Positions 1-10,661 of a stretch of DNA of 64,000 nt are shown here, piece by piece; the stretch's first letter is position 1, and the number at the start of each line of letters is the position of its first letter. The position numbers were made by a program, and so were the translations under genes. This stretch comes from Verrucomicrobiia bacterium (lineage in GTDB: Bacteria; Verrucomicrobiota; Verrucomicrobiia; Limisphaerales; UBA1319). The notes beneath the pieces are model-generated. The model was not told the origin of the DNA. It was given only the letters and a program-made list of their open reading frames with translations, and ran no database searches. Where the stretch lies: assembly GCA_963664225.1 (NCBI GenBank), contig OY760937.1, positions 4,896,001 through 4,960,000 on the forward strand. The letters run 5' to 3'.

Positions 1-20
1 CATTCCACAGAGTTAATCAA

Positions 21-1427
21 ATGAAAGCAGGCATTTTTTCGATAGGCTTGGACACGTATTGGGCGCAATTTGACGGGCTGCTCAATAACTTGAACGGATA
101 TCACCGGCAGATCCGCGACAGGATCGGCGCGATGGGCATTGAGGTGATGGATGCGGGGATGGTGGATAATCCGGTGAAGGCGCAGGGGGCGGCCGCGCTT
201 TTCAAGAAAGAGGATGTGGAGGTGATCTTCCTTTTCATTTCCACCTACGCGCTATCCTCGACCGTGCTGCCGGTGGTGCAGAAGGCGAAGGTGCCGGTGG
301 TGATGCTCAATCTGCAGCCGGTGGCGCAGCTCGATTACGCGAAATTCAACGCGCTGGGCGACCGGGGCAGGATGACCGGTGTCTGGCTGGAGCATTGCCA
401 GTCGTGCTCGGTTCCCGAACTGGCGAGCGTGTTTAATCGCGCGGGCATCGACTATCATGTGGTGACCGGGTATTTGCAGGAGGAGGCGGCGTGGCGCGAG
501 ATCCAGGACTGGGTGGAGGCGGCCAAAGTGGTCGCGGGAATGCGGGAAAACCGGGTGGGCGTGCTGGGGCATTATTATTGCGGGATGCTCGATGTGTATA
601 GCGACATGACGCAGCAGTCGGTGGCTTTCGGCAATCATTTCCAGCTCCTCGAAATGTGCGAGCTTTTCGAACTGCGCCAGACGGTGACTCAGGACGAGGT
701 GCAAACCAAGATTGCTGAGTTTCAGACGAAATTCGATGTGTCACCTGAGTGCGAAAAATCAGAGGTGGAACGGGCGGCGAAAACCTCGGTGGCGCTGGAT
801 AAATTGATCGCGAAGCACAATCTGGGTTCCATGGCTTATTATTACGAGGGCACGGGCGAGTATGTAAACATCGTCACCTCAGTGATTGCCGGAAACACGC
901 TGCTTACGGGGCGTCATGTGCCCGTGGCCGGCGAGTGCGAAATCAAGAACGTGCAGGCCATGAAGATCATGGACCTATTTGGGGCGGGCGGTTCGTTTTC
1001 CGAATTCTATCTCTCCGATTTCGTCGATGACGTGGTTTATCTGGGGCATGACGGTCCCGCGCATCTGGCCATTGCGGAAGGCCGGGTCGGATTGGTGCCG
1101 CTGCCGGTTTACCACGGCAAACCTGGCAAAGGGCTTTCGATTCAGATGACCGTCAAGCACGGGCCGGTGACGATTCTATCGGTCGTGCAGCGTCGCGATG
1201 GCACGGTGTTCCTTCAAGTGGCGGAAGGGGAATCGGTCCCGGGCCCGATCCTGCAAATCGGCAATACCAACAGCCGTTACCACTTCAGCATTGGCGCGAA
1301 GGGCTTCATGAACGACTGGTCCAAAGGCGGACCGGCGCATCATTGCGCCATCGGCATTGGACATCTGGCGGACAAGATTGAGAAATTCGGGGCGTTGATC
1401 GGGATGGAGACGCGCAGGATTTGCTGA
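21..1427 (+). CDS. L-fucose/L-arabinose isomerase family protein
   Basis: 468-aa ORF with motifs GECE, SFSEF, GHDGP and C-terminal GPAHHCAIGIGH, typical of the FucI/AraA isomerase fold. Confidence 0.8.
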   Translation: MKAGIFSIGLDTYWAQFDGLLNNLNGYHRQIRDRIGAMGIEVMDAGMVDNPVKAQGAAALFKKEDVEVIFLFISTYALSSTVLPVVQKAKVPVVMLNLQPVAQLDYAKFNALGDRGRMTGVWLEHCQSCSVPELASVFNRAGIDYHVVTGYLQEEAAWREIQDWVEAAKVVAGMRENRVGVLGHYYCGMLDVYSDMTQQSVAFGNHFQLLEMCELFELRQTVTQDEVQTKIAEFQTKFDVSPECEKSEVERAAKTSVALDKLIAKHNLGSMAYYYEGTGEYVNIVTSVIAGNTLLTGRHVPVAGECEIKNVQAMKIMDLFGAGGSFSEFYLSDFVDDVVYLGHDGPAHLAIAEGRVGLVPLPVYHGKPGKGLSIQMTVKHGPVTILSVVQRRDGTVFLQVAEGESVPGPILQIGNTNSRYHFSIGAKGFMNDWSKGGPAHHCAIGIGHLADKIEKFGALIGMETRRIC

Positions 1428-1746
1428 GGAACTGTGGTAGTTGCTGGCGGTGCTTTTTGTGCAGCGTACAAACAACGGATGCATGACAGAATTCACCGGT
1501 GAAAAAGCAGGACTCCTAATGAATCCCCTCTCTCCGGCTCTCTCCCCACTCGTGCCAATTCAGGTTTTGGGGCGAGAGGGACGAATCGCGCAATCGGTTC
1601 TTTAGGCAGGTTATGTTCATGAGCCCTAAATACGCTGATGGCGTTTTAAGGCCTTTTCCCATTCACGGAAGAATTTTGTCCAGTGCCCACAAAAACCACT
1701 CCACATTTTAGCGCTGTGGAGTGGTTGAAGAGAAAGTATATAAAGG

Positions 1747-1774
1747 GGCGGCTCGGCAGGAGCCTCGCCCTACC
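1747..1774 (-). repeat. GTAG-type REP-like palindrome (family A)
   Basis: Reverse complement GGTAGGGCGAGGCTCCTGCCGAGCCGCC; related copies at 16621, 38644 and 38846. Confidence 0.75.
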
Positions 1775-1794
1775 TGGGAGCGCCGCCCTACCGC

Positions 1795-3096
1795 TTAGGC
1801 CTCCGGGAATTTCCAGGGGGCGCGGTAGGCGTAACGCAGAATGCGGCTGGCTTCAGCGTCGCCGACGATTTTCTGTTTTGCGGGGTCCCATTTGATCTTC
1901 CGACCCAGGCGGACGGCCATGTTGCCAAGATGGCACACGGTGGCGGAGCGATGGCCTATTTCGACGTCGCAGATTGGGTTGGTGCGGGATTTGATGCAAT
2001 CGAACCAGTTTTGGTGATGGTTTTTGCTCTCGATGAGGTGAACTTCATCGCTTTTAAGCGGTTGCTTGATGGCATCGGGCACGGTGGACTCCAGTTTGCC
2101 GCGATCCATGTAAACGATGCCGTCCTGACCCTCAAAAGTGCTGCCTATCCGATGGCTTTGGCCGCAGACCACCCTGGCGCCATTGGCGTATTTGTATGTG
2201 ATCTCGAACCAGCAGGGGACTTCATAGCGCTTTTCGGGATCGAATTCCGCGCGCGCCTCGATTTCGACCGGGCCTGAATCGTCCATTCCCAAGGCCCACT
2301 GGGCGATATCCAGATGGTGCGCGCCCCAGTTGGTCATTTGACCGCCGGAGTAATCCCAGAAAAAGCGGAAGTTGTAGTGAACGTGATTTTTGTTGTAGGG
2401 CCGCATGGGAGCGGGGCCCAGCCACAGGTCGTAGTCCAATTCGGCCGGAGGGGCGCTGTCCGGGACGTTGGCGAGGGTGTAATTAACGCCCGGCAAACCG
2501 ACGCGCACCATTTTTACGTCTCCAATCCGGCCGGAGCGGATGACCTCGCAGCCGAAACGGAATTTGGCGTCCGAGCGCTGCATGCTGCCGGTTTGGACGA
2601 CGCGCTTGTTCTGGCGGGCTGCCTGGACCATGGCGAAGCCCTCGGCGACGGTCAGAGTCAGCGGTTTTTCCACAAAAACGTCCTTGCCCGCGCGGCAGGC
2701 ATCGATGGCGGGCAGGGCGTGCCAGTGGTCCGGGGTGGCGATCAGAACGGCGTCGATGTCCTTATTCTCGAGTAACTTACGATAATCAGAATACGTGGCG
2801 ATCGGGCGTCCGGCTTTCTTCTCGAAATCGGCTTTTGAACTGGCGAGGTGGGCGGAATCCACGTCGCAAATGGCCTGCACATGACCGATCATGCCGGGGG
2901 CGAAGAGATGTGAGCGGCCTTGTCCGCCCGTCCCGATGATTCCGACGCGTATGAGGTCGTTGGGGGATTCACCCGTGGCGGCGCGGACCTGGTTTAGGAA
3001 AATGTTGGGTCCGGCGAGCAAGGTTGTTGCGCCCATGGTGGCGGCGCCGGCTCGCCGTAGAAATGTCCGGCGCGGCATTTGCTGTAAGGTGTTCAT
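1795..3096 (-). CDS. Tat-exported Gfo/Idh/MocA family oxidoreductase
   Basis: Twin-arginine signal PRRTFL; VGIIGTGGQG Rossmann motif; ATPDHWH, EKP and NWGAHHLD motifs. Start moved to the ATG at 3096. Confidence 0.9.
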   Translation of the reverse strand: MNTLQQMPRRTFLRRAGAATMGATTLLAGPNIFLNQVRAATGESPNDLIRVGIIGTGGQGRSHLFAPGMIGHVQAICDVDSAHLASSKADFEKKAGRPIATYSDYRKLLENKDIDAVLIATPDHWHALPAIDACRAGKDVFVEKPLTLTVAEGFAMVQAARQNKRVVQTGSMQRSDAKFRFGCEVIRSGRIGDVKMVRVGLPGVNYTLANVPDSAPPAELDYDLWLGPAPMRPYNKNHVHYNFRFFWDYSGGQMTNWGAHHLDIAQWALGMDDSGPVEIEARAEFDPEKRYEVPCWFEITYKYANGARVVCGQSHRIGSTFEGQDGIVYMDRGKLESTVPDAIKQPLKSDEVHLIESKNHHQNWFDCIKSRTNPICDVEIGHRSATVCHLGNMAVRLGRKIKWDPAKQKIVGDAEASRILRYAYRAPWKFPEA

Positions 3097-3194
3097 GGAA
3101 TGATTAATCCTTTCCTGAGGGGTTTGTGTCAAGAGCAGGCGGGGGAAATGGAAATCTTCTTTCACAACGAATCAAAGCATGATAAAGATAGGGT

Positions 3195-4328
3195 ATGAAA
3201 TCTATGACGAATAGGATGATGAGGGGTTTCCTTGTTTGCATGATCGGCTTGGGCGCGTGGGTTTCGGTGTCGGCGGCCCAGGACGCCACAATGAATTTGT
3301 TTTGTCTCTCAGTGAAGTTGGATGCTGCGACGGCCAAAATGCTTTCAATTCCCTATACCATGGAATTCACGTCTGGCTCCATTGCGACCAGCGAGGCGGC
3401 CAATGGGGAGTTGGGGGTGTCGGATGGCGCGGTGGCCACGCATGTCACGCAATTCCGGCTCAGTTCGGATACCGGCGTCGATCCGATCACCGGCATCATG
3501 TATCTGGACGTGCCGCCGACCACCGACACCAATAAAAATGGGTTGAACGATTTCTTCGAACCGAGTCAGGCCGTGGTAGCTGTGGGGACGACAGGGAAGC
3601 TCTATGATGACTTAACCGGTTCGGAAGGAACCGTATCCGCCACATGGAACCGCCCTGCGGGCACCAATCGGGGCACCTGCACCATGATTGTGAATACCAT
3701 TTACCTGCAAGCGACCTTTGTTCACACCTTTGAACTGCTCAATTACACCGGCACTTTGCATTACACCCCCGGGACGAACGTTGTGGCGGGGAGTGTGGAT
3801 CTGCATTTGATTTCGGATCCTTTGACCACGCTCACCGGGCCTGTGTCGATTGACAAAACCAATGTCAATCAACTCCACCTGGAGGCCGGATCGTGGACAA
3901 ACAACGCCATGCTAAGTTTCGACTATCTCGCGACTTTTGGCGGCGAATCCATCAGCCGCACAGGCACCAACTACATGGGATTCTTCGATGCAGTGGATGG
4001 AAATCTCGATACCGCTTATATCGATTATACCCTCTGGGTTCTGCTGGTCAGCGATACCAACGACGCAAACAAGAACGGCGTGCCCGATTTGAGCGACTCC
4101 ACGGATGCACGGTCGCCGTCCCTGAAAATATCCCGTTCCGCGGGGCAGTTGCAGTTGACCATCAGCAGCACAGTGGGGCGGGTGCATCAGATTGAACGAA
4201 TGAGCGCGTTGGGCGGCACAAACCAATGGGCGGCAGTGACAAACATCACGCTTGCCACGGATCCCCAAACGGTGACTCTGGACACGGCAACCAACAAGAC
4301 AAGCTTCTGGCGCGTGGGCATGCAGTAA
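3195..4328 (+). CDS. Secreted hypothetical protein with Ca-binding-like DxNxNGxxD motifs and the shared C-terminal module
   Basis: Signal peptide ending VSA-AQ; DTNKNGLND and DANKNGVPD; C-terminus ...TNQW...SFWRVGMQ. Confidence 0.75.
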   Translation: MKSMTNRMMRGFLVCMIGLGAWVSVSAAQDATMNLFCLSVKLDAATAKMLSIPYTMEFTSGSIATSEAANGELGVSDGAVATHVTQFRLSSDTGVDPITGIMYLDVPPTTDTNKNGLNDFFEPSQAVVAVGTTGKLYDDLTGSEGTVSATWNRPAGTNRGTCTMIVNTIYLQATFVHTFELLNYTGTLHYTPGTNVVAGSVDLHLISDPLTTLTGPVSIDKTNVNQLHLEAGSWTNNAMLSFDYLATFGGESISRTGTNYMGFFDAVDGNLDTAYIDYTLWVLLVSDTNDANKNGVPDLSDSTDARSPSLKISRSAGQLQLTISSTVGRVHQIERMSALGGTNQWAAVTNITLATDPQTVTLDTATNKTSFWRVGMQ

Positions 4329-4472
4329 GGGTTTGGATGACAATTATCAGGGGGTAATTGACAAAAAATGACTAAGACCGCTTCTTGATTTTTAGCGGAT
4401 TGCATTGATTTTAAGAGGTAGAGCAGGCGAACGAAATCGTTCGTAAGTGTTTATCAGCAAAAACAAAACTTT

Positions 4473-4799
4473 ATGAGTTCAGGAAAATTAGATCGTTCAG
4501 GTGTCTTCGATACGAGTGCGGCCCAGGCCAAAGAGTCTGAATTTATTCTGGGGCCGGGCATGGTGCGAATGCATAAAAACGGTATCGAGTTTAAAGTCCT
4601 TAAACCTCTTCCGCTCTGGAAGGAAATGACGGTGGGTATTCAGTCCCAGTCCGACCACAAGCCGACACGGTTTACGGGCGTTGTAGTGGCCTGTGATGGA
4701 AATCGGCATGCCGGATACATGGTTTCCATGGTGATTTTAAATATGACCCGGCAGGCTCAGGAACGTTTGAACACGCTTGCCAGCGGCGCGCGATTATAG
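4473..4799 (+). CDS. Small hypothetical protein, PilZ-like beta-barrel
   Basis: 108 aa; GIEF...GVVVAC...Y.VSMV pattern resembles PilZ; directly upstream of pilT. Confidence 0.55.
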   Translation: MSSGKLDRSGVFDTSAAQAKESEFILGPGMVRMHKNGIEFKVLKPLPLWKEMTVGIQSQSDHKPTRFTGVVVACDGNRHAGYMVSMVILNMTRQAQERLNTLASGARL

Positions 4800-4825
4800 T
4801 AAGACAGTGCCAGTAATTTACTGGC

Positions 4826-5914
4826 ATGGAAATTTTTAATCGAATTCTCAAATTGGCGGTCGATGGCGGGGCTTCTGATATCCATATCAAGGTCGGATCC
4901 CCCGTTATTCTTCGTATTAACCGGCAACTCATCACTGTCGAATCCCCCCTTCCGACGGAGGAATGGGTCAATCAGATTGTTAATGCCGTTGTTCCACCCC
5001 ATGCGTCCACGATTCTGACCAGGGAGCGGGAGGTGGATTTTTCCTATTTTCTTCCCGGGGTTGGACGCTTCCGCACCAACGTTTTCCAGCAACGCGGGCA
5101 GTTTGCGCTGGCCATGCGGTATGTGAAAACCAAGATTCCCACCTTCGAGGAACTTGGATTGCTACCCATCGTCAAACGCATTGCTGAAGCGCCACGTGGC
5201 ATCGTACTTGTGGCCGGCACCACCGGCTGCGGCAAATCGACGACGCTGGCGGCGATGATCGAGCACATCAATACCAATTTCAAGAAGCACATGATCACCC
5301 TCGAGGACCCGATTGAGTACGTCTTCGACGATAATCAATCGGTCATCGAGCAGCGGGAGGTCGGTCTGGACTCGCTTTCCTTCCATAACGGTTTGAAAAA
5401 CGTGCTGCGCCAGGATCCTGACATCATCATGATCGGTGAAATGCGGGACAGCATCAGCTTTTCGGCCGCAATTAGCGCCGCCGATACCGGCCACTTGGTT
5501 CTCTCCACGCTGCACACGACCAATGCCGGGCAATCGGTTACGCGCATTCTGGATTTCTTCCCGGCGGAAGAGCGTGAACAGATCCGGCGCCAATTGGCGG
5601 GCACACTCCAGGCCGTGATCTGCCAGCGCATGGTGGCCACGGTCAACGACAGCATGACTCCCGCCCTGGAAATCATGATCAACACGGGCACGATCAAAAA
5701 GTTGATTGAGGAAAACCGGCTCGACAAACTGGGCGCGGCCATTGAAACGGGCGTTGAAGATGGAATGCAGAATTTCAATCAGGCCCTGTTCCAACTCGTC
5801 AAAGAGCATAAAGTGTCCGAAAAGGAAGCCCTGGCCAAGGCGAGCAATCCTCAGGCCCTGGAAATGAATTTCAAAGGCATCTTCCTCGACGAAGGTCGGC
5901 GCATTCTCAGTTAG
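4826..5914 (+). CDS. pilT: PilT/PilU family type IV pilus retraction ATPase
   Basis: ASDIH, Walker A GTTGCGKST, TLEDPIE, QREVG, LRQDPDIIMIGEMRD, TGHLVLSTLHT. Confidence 0.93.
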   Translation: MEIFNRILKLAVDGGASDIHIKVGSPVILRINRQLITVESPLPTEEWVNQIVNAVVPPHASTILTREREVDFSYFLPGVGRFRTNVFQQRGQFALAMRYVKTKIPTFEELGLLPIVKRIAEAPRGIVLVAGTTGCGKSTTLAAMIEHINTNFKKHMITLEDPIEYVFDDNQSVIEQREVGLDSLSFHNGLKNVLRQDPDIIMIGEMRDSISFSAAISAADTGHLVLSTLHTTNAGQSVTRILDFFPAEEREQIRRQLAGTLQAVICQRMVATVNDSMTPALEIMINTGTIKKLIEENRLDKLGAAIETGVEDGMQNFNQALFQLVKEHKVSEKEALAKASNPQALEMNFKGIFLDEGRRILS

Positions 5915-5948
5915 CGCCGTCGGCCCAAGGGTTTTCGGTGATTTCAAT

Positions 5949-5984
5949 CGGCTCCTGTCCGTCTGGCGGGAGCCGTTTTTTTTT
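5949..5984 (+). terminator. Rho-independent terminator after pilT
   Basis: Hairpin CGGCTCCTGTC-cgtct-GGCGGGAGCCG followed by T9. Confidence 0.85.
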
Positions 5985-6132
5985 GTGCGCTGGGCAGGAG
6001 ATGGTTCCGCGCCAGTTCGGGCGTCCTTCCCTGCTTTCGGATTGGGTCAGTAACCCCGATTTCATTGCAGCGCAAGATTCTGCTTGCGTTCAGTCGTGCT
6101 GGCGTGACTTGATCGTTGCACATACCGCGCTT

Positions 6133-7497
6133 ATGAAATGCAGCAAAACAATCACCATTCGTTTCTTGCTCTTGCTCTTGTTAAATCACGGTTCTCTCCA
6201 GGGCGCCCCGGTTGCCGACGGCAGGGATTGGTCGCCTCCGGCGGATGAGAAACAGTTGCCAGGCAGGATGCGGTCCGCCATGCCGGATATGCCGCTGATC
6301 AAGGTCGGCCTGAGCAACGCCGATCTGCAGGGCACCGACCAGCGGGCGCTCCAGGCGGCGGTGGACTACGTGGCGGCACTGGGCGGGGGAACGGTGGAGA
6401 TTGGTCCCGGCGAATACCTGATGCGTGACTCCCTGCATTTGCGCTCGCATGTCACGGTGCGCGGCACACCGGGGAAAACCGTCCTCCGCAAGGCGGACGG
6501 CGTGGAGTCGCCACTGGCGATCGATGGCGATTTCGGCGAGGAACAGATCACGGTGGTGGACGCGAAGGGCTTCGATGTCGGATGTGGCGTGGCCGTCTGG
6601 ACCAGCAAGGTAGGCGGCTTTCATATCACCGTGGCACGGATCATTGGAAAGAACGGGAATATTCTTGCGCTGGATAAGCCGCTCAATGCGGATTGCATGA
6701 TCGGCGATAGCGCCAGGGCGGCGACGCTCTTTCCCGTGATCAGCGGGTATGATGTTGAAGGGGTGCGGCTTGAAAACCTTGCGATTGAAGGCAATCAGGA
6801 CCACAACCTTCTGATGGATGGCTGTCGCGGCGGCGGTATTTATCTGTATCGCGGTTCTGGAACGGTCATCGACCATTGCACGGTGCGTCATTACAACGGC
6901 GATGGCATCAGCTTCCAACAGTCGAACGATGTGGTGGTGGAGGGTTGCGTGAGCGAGGGCAATTCGGCGCTGGGGCTGCATCCGGGAAGCGGTTCGCAGC
7001 GGCCAACCGTTCGCCAATGCGTCGCCCGGAAGAACGGAAGCGACGGCCTTTTCCTGTGCTGGCGCGTGCGGCACGGACTGTTCGAGGATAACGTGCTTGA
7101 AGGCAATGAACGGAACGGCATCTCCATTGGGCATAAAGACACGGACAATCTGTTGCGCCGGAACACGGTTCGCGAAAACGTCCAGGAAGGTGTGTATTTC
7201 CGCGATGAAACGTTGGGCATGGCCGGTCACAGAAACCGGCTCGAGGAGAATCTGATCGAGAATAATGGCCGGAAGGAGGGCGTGGCTGGAATTCGGATTC
7301 GCGGGGAAACGCGGGATGTCGTACTTAAGAATAACCGCATTCAGGATACACGATCTGGCGCGGACAAAATGCAGACCATCGGAATCCAGCTCGACGAGAA
7401 AACAGGTCCCGTGGTTCTCGAAGACAACACCATCGACGCGAAGACCCCGGTGCTGGACCAGCGTCCCGAATCAACCCGCAAACCATCAAATCCATGA
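6133..7497 (+). CDS. Secreted right-handed parallel beta-helix (pectin-lyase-like) protein
   Basis: ALQAAVD...GGGTVEIGPGEY cap followed by repeated N..xGI beta-helix turns; signal peptide from the ATG at 6133. Confidence 0.8.
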   Translation: MKCSKTITIRFLLLLLLNHGSLQGAPVADGRDWSPPADEKQLPGRMRSAMPDMPLIKVGLSNADLQGTDQRALQAAVDYVAALGGGTVEIGPGEYLMRDSLHLRSHVTVRGTPGKTVLRKADGVESPLAIDGDFGEEQITVVDAKGFDVGCGVAVWTSKVGGFHITVARIIGKNGNILALDKPLNADCMIGDSARAATLFPVISGYDVEGVRLENLAIEGNQDHNLLMDGCRGGGIYLYRGSGTVIDHCTVRHYNGDGISFQQSNDVVVEGCVSEGNSALGLHPGSGSQRPTVRQCVARKNGSDGLFLCWRVRHGLFEDNVLEGNERNGISIGHKDTDNLLRRNTVRENVQEGVYFRDETLGMAGHRNRLEENLIENNGRKEGVAGIRIRGETRDVVLKNNRIQDTRSGADKMQTIGIQLDEKTGPVVLEDNTIDAKTPVLDQRPESTRKPSNP

Positions 7498-8972
7498 AAA
7501 TCAAAAACAACCTGATCCTGCTCCTTGGCATTGGAGTCGGTTTGATGCTTCATCCTGACGCCCAGGCCCGGAACGCTGCGCAAGTGGACCGCAATGCCAC
7601 CCCTTCTGTGGCGCGCCCCGGGGATATCAAGGAGGACCAAACGCCGGACGGTCCCTGGCTTGAGAAGCGGCTCTCGTGGTTCCAGGATCTCAAGTTCGGT
7701 TTCATGATGCACTGGGCGCCCTATAGCCTCTGGGGTTGCGTGGAGTCCTGGCCGCTGGTGCCGGAGGACAAGTTCGGTCGCCCGGACGACTTGAAGGCAT
7801 GGACCGAACGGGGCAGGGACATGCAGCGGTTCACGCGCGACTACTGGGCGCTGCCGAAGGCCTTTAATCCAACGAAGTTCGATCCTCGGAAATGGGCGGC
7901 GACCGCGAAGGGGGCAGGCATGAAATACGTCGTGTTCACCACGAAACATCACGACGGCTTTTGCATGTTCGACACCAAGCTCAGCGACTATCGGATCACC
8001 GCGCCGGATGTGCCGTTCCATTCCAATGTCCGCTCCAATGTCGTCAAGGAGGTGTTTAGCGCCTTTCGAAAGAAAGACTTTGCCATTGGAGCCTACTTCT
8101 CCAAGGCCGATTGGCACTCTGCCGATTATTGGGATCCCGCGCTTCCGGTGCAAACACGCAATCCCAATTACGACACCGCCGCGCAACCGGTGAAATGGAA
8201 GCGGTTCATGGAATACACTCACGGGCAGATCGAGGAGCTGATGACCGGTTACGGCCCGATTGATATTCTGTGGCTGGACGCGGGCCAGGTGCGTCCACCG
8301 CAGCAGGATATCCAAATGCCTCGCCTGGCCGCGATGGCGCGGAGTCATCAGCCGGGGCTGATCGTCGTGGACCGCACGGTAACAGGACCCTACGAGAATT
8401 ACCGCACGCCCGAGCAGGAGGTGCCGGACAAGCCGCTGCCTTACACTTGGGAAACCTGCATGACCATGGGGGATCAATGGTCCTTCAAACCGAACGACAA
8501 TTACAAGTCCACCCATCGGCTCATCCATTTGCTGGTGGATATCGTGGGCAAGGGCGGCAATTTCCTGCTCAATGTAGGCCCCCAACCGGACGGCCAGCTT
8601 CCTGCCGCCGCCGTTCAACGGATGAACGAGATGGGGGACTGGATGCGCGTGAACGGGGAGGCAATCTATGGCACGCGGCCCATTGCGCCCTACAAGGAAG
8701 GCAACGTGGTGTTCACACGCAAAGGTCGGAATGCCTATGCCATTTACCTGACGGCGAAGGAAGGAGAAGGCATGCCCGCGATCATCGCGTTTTCAGGTCT
8801 GCGCCCGGTCCCGGGATCGAAGGTTCAATTACTCGGCGTCAGGAAGCCGCTATTGTGGCAAACCGATGCCACCGGCCTGACCACGGTTGCGGTGCCTGCG
8901 ACGATCATTAAGACCCCGCCGTGCCAGCATGCGTTCGTGCTGAAGTTCGAACTTTCGGGGGAGGAGGAGTAG
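7494..8972 (+). CDS. Alpha-L-fucosidase (GH29)
   Basis: KFGFMMHW, AGMKYVVFTTKHHDGF, ILWLD, WETCMT, GGNFLLNVGP, NGEAIYGTRP; overlaps the upstream stop (ATGA). Confidence 0.93.
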   Translation: MKIKNNLILLLGIGVGLMLHPDAQARNAAQVDRNATPSVARPGDIKEDQTPDGPWLEKRLSWFQDLKFGFMMHWAPYSLWGCVESWPLVPEDKFGRPDDLKAWTERGRDMQRFTRDYWALPKAFNPTKFDPRKWAATAKGAGMKYVVFTTKHHDGFCMFDTKLSDYRITAPDVPFHSNVRSNVVKEVFSAFRKKDFAIGAYFSKADWHSADYWDPALPVQTRNPNYDTAAQPVKWKRFMEYTHGQIEELMTGYGPIDILWLDAGQVRPPQQDIQMPRLAAMARSHQPGLIVVDRTVTGPYENYRTPEQEVPDKPLPYTWETCMTMGDQWSFKPNDNYKSTHRLIHLLVDIVGKGGNFLLNVGPQPDGQLPAAAVQRMNEMGDWMRVNGEAIYGTRPIAPYKEGNVVFTRKGRNAYAIYLTAKEGEGMPAIIAFSGLRPVPGSKVQLLGVRKPLLWQTDATGLTTVAVPATIIKTPPCQHAFVLKFELSGEEE

Positions 8973-8998
8973 GTGCAGGCGTATGTGCCCGTCTTAAC

Positions 8999-9166
8999 AA
9001 AAACCGAGAATTGGTGCTTGCGACTGGGCAACGTGTTAGTCCAGTTAAAGGGAGGATTGCGACGCGCTGCACTGAGTTAGACTCTGTAATGCCATCGCAA
9101 AAGTTGTAACAAAGTTTGATGGATGGATGCGATATAGTCGCAAGTCATTGATAGTCAGGTGGCCGA
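8999..9166 (+). repeat. Diverged copy of the tRNA-Leu upstream/leader region (other copy about 13099-13223)
   Basis: Both copies share AAAAACCGAGAATTGGTGCTTGCGAC, AGGATTGCGA and TTGATA.TCAGGTGGCCGA. Confidence 0.85.
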
Positions 9167-9386
9167 CGCGCGGGGTTCGCAACCATTGGCCTAAAAGGGT
9201 TCCAGAGCCAGATTGGTGGCTGATCGGATCGCTTCGGCGCGCAATGGCGCACCGGAAGTGGATCGGAATTATTAATGCCGAAATAGGATTGAATCAGCAC
9301 CCGCAAATGGATTGTCGAATCACCACAGAAATAAACCGAAGGATAAAAAACCGGAGCGCCAACGTTTTATCCTGTTGAACCATGTC

Positions 9387-10661
9387 CTAATGGTTGGACC
9401 CTACACGATGCAGGGTATTATTGGTTTGCGGCAGCGTGAGGGGGATATCAATGGATGGTGGCTTGTTCCAGAGCGCAACATTGTCGAAGTAGAGCGAGGC
9501 AATTCCACCGTTTTCCAGGTTGACTTCGGCTTCGAGTTTGAAGACGAGGTCGGTTTGGTCGGAGTTTTCTTTGTGCCAGAATAGCATGACTCGTGGGATA
9601 TTATTTGCTACGGGTTTTATAACTTGGGGTTCGAAGTCGAGCATGAGCAGGTTTGTTGGGTAATCGAGCTTTACGACCGCAGCCTTGACGGCCTTGATTG
9701 CGTCTGCTTCTGAGAGTTTTGGCACCCCGGCGAACTCCCTAACGGTGATCGGGCGGGCATCACTATTGAAGAAGTTCACTGGGGCGTAGTAGCCGCAGAT
9801 TCCGGAGTTTCGATAGACAAATCGCCAGCCATTTGTGAGTTCGATTTCCGCGTGAGGCCATCCGCCGTTGTCGGCCAGGGACAGTTTGGCGACGTAGTTC
9901 GTTGTTAACGGCGACGGGACGTTCAATCCAAGTTTCTTCGAGTACGCGTCGATTGCTTTGAGCGCAATTGGAGCCAATTGCAGGGCATATGCCGGGTTGG
10001 TTGGTGGCCAGTTGGCGGTGCCTGGGGCACTCGGTGCTGTTATACCGTTAATTTTGGGGTCGGGTCTGAAAAGGACTAGATTTTGGATGGAAACCCTTGT
10101 TACGCGTTTGTTCTCCCCATCGATGTTGACGGCGGTTTTCGGGAAACCTGATCGCGGGTCCACCCATTCGATTTTATATTGAGGGATGGTGTTGGTTCCG
10201 ACCTGCTCCGGTCCTGTGACCCTGGCTTCCTGATCGGCGAAGACCATTTCCGGGTCAATGCCGAGCTTTCGGATTGTTTCCCGAGCCTTGTTGACGGCTT
10301 CGGTTCTGCTCATGTTGAGCTTTCCAAAGTAGCTGGCGATCTTATCAGGCTCCTGTTCGGTGAAATAGTCGTGCGGACCTTGCACGATGTTCACGTAGCC
10401 TTTGGAGAATGCGAAGAACCAGTTTCCATTTGTGCCAACGGTTCCGATTTCCACGGCCACGGCCCGTTTAGGCAGGATGTTGCAATGTGTCACATGCTCA
10501 ATCGCAAGCGGAAGAGGCACAGGGAGTTCAAGTCGCCGTGCCACGTCACCCACGTAAGGCATGACAGCTACCAACACCGCATTTGAATAATCTGCGGTGA
10601 CCCGGATGAACTCCGCCGACGCTGAAAGGGTCTGTCCCAATTCCAGAATCATTATGGCCAA
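9387..10661 (-). CDS. Hypothetical protein with two internal repeats of about 200 aa (PepSY-like helices)
   Basis: Halves align: RRLELPVPLPL/KKLGLNVPSPL, NGNWFF/TNGWRF, MSRTEAVNKA/LSEADAIKAV. Confidence 0.7.
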   Translation of the reverse strand: MAIMILELGQTLSASAEFIRVTADYSNAVLVAVMPYVGDVARRLELPVPLPLAIEHVTHCNILPKRAVAVEIGTVGTNGNWFFAFSKGYVNIVQGPHDYFTEQEPDKIASYFGKLNMSRTEAVNKARETIRKLGIDPEMVFADQEARVTGPEQVGTNTIPQYKIEWVDPRSGFPKTAVNIDGENKRVTRVSIQNLVLFRPDPKINGITAPSAPGTANWPPTNPAYALQLAPIALKAIDAYSKKLGLNVPSPLTTNYVAKLSLADNGGWPHAEIELTNGWRFVYRNSGICGYYAPVNFFNSDARPITVREFAGVPKLSEADAIKAVKAAVVKLDYPTNLLMLDFEPQVIKPVANNIPRVMLFWHKENSDQTDLVFKLEAEVNLENGGIASLYFDNVALWNKPPSIDIPLTLPQTNNTLHRVGSNH

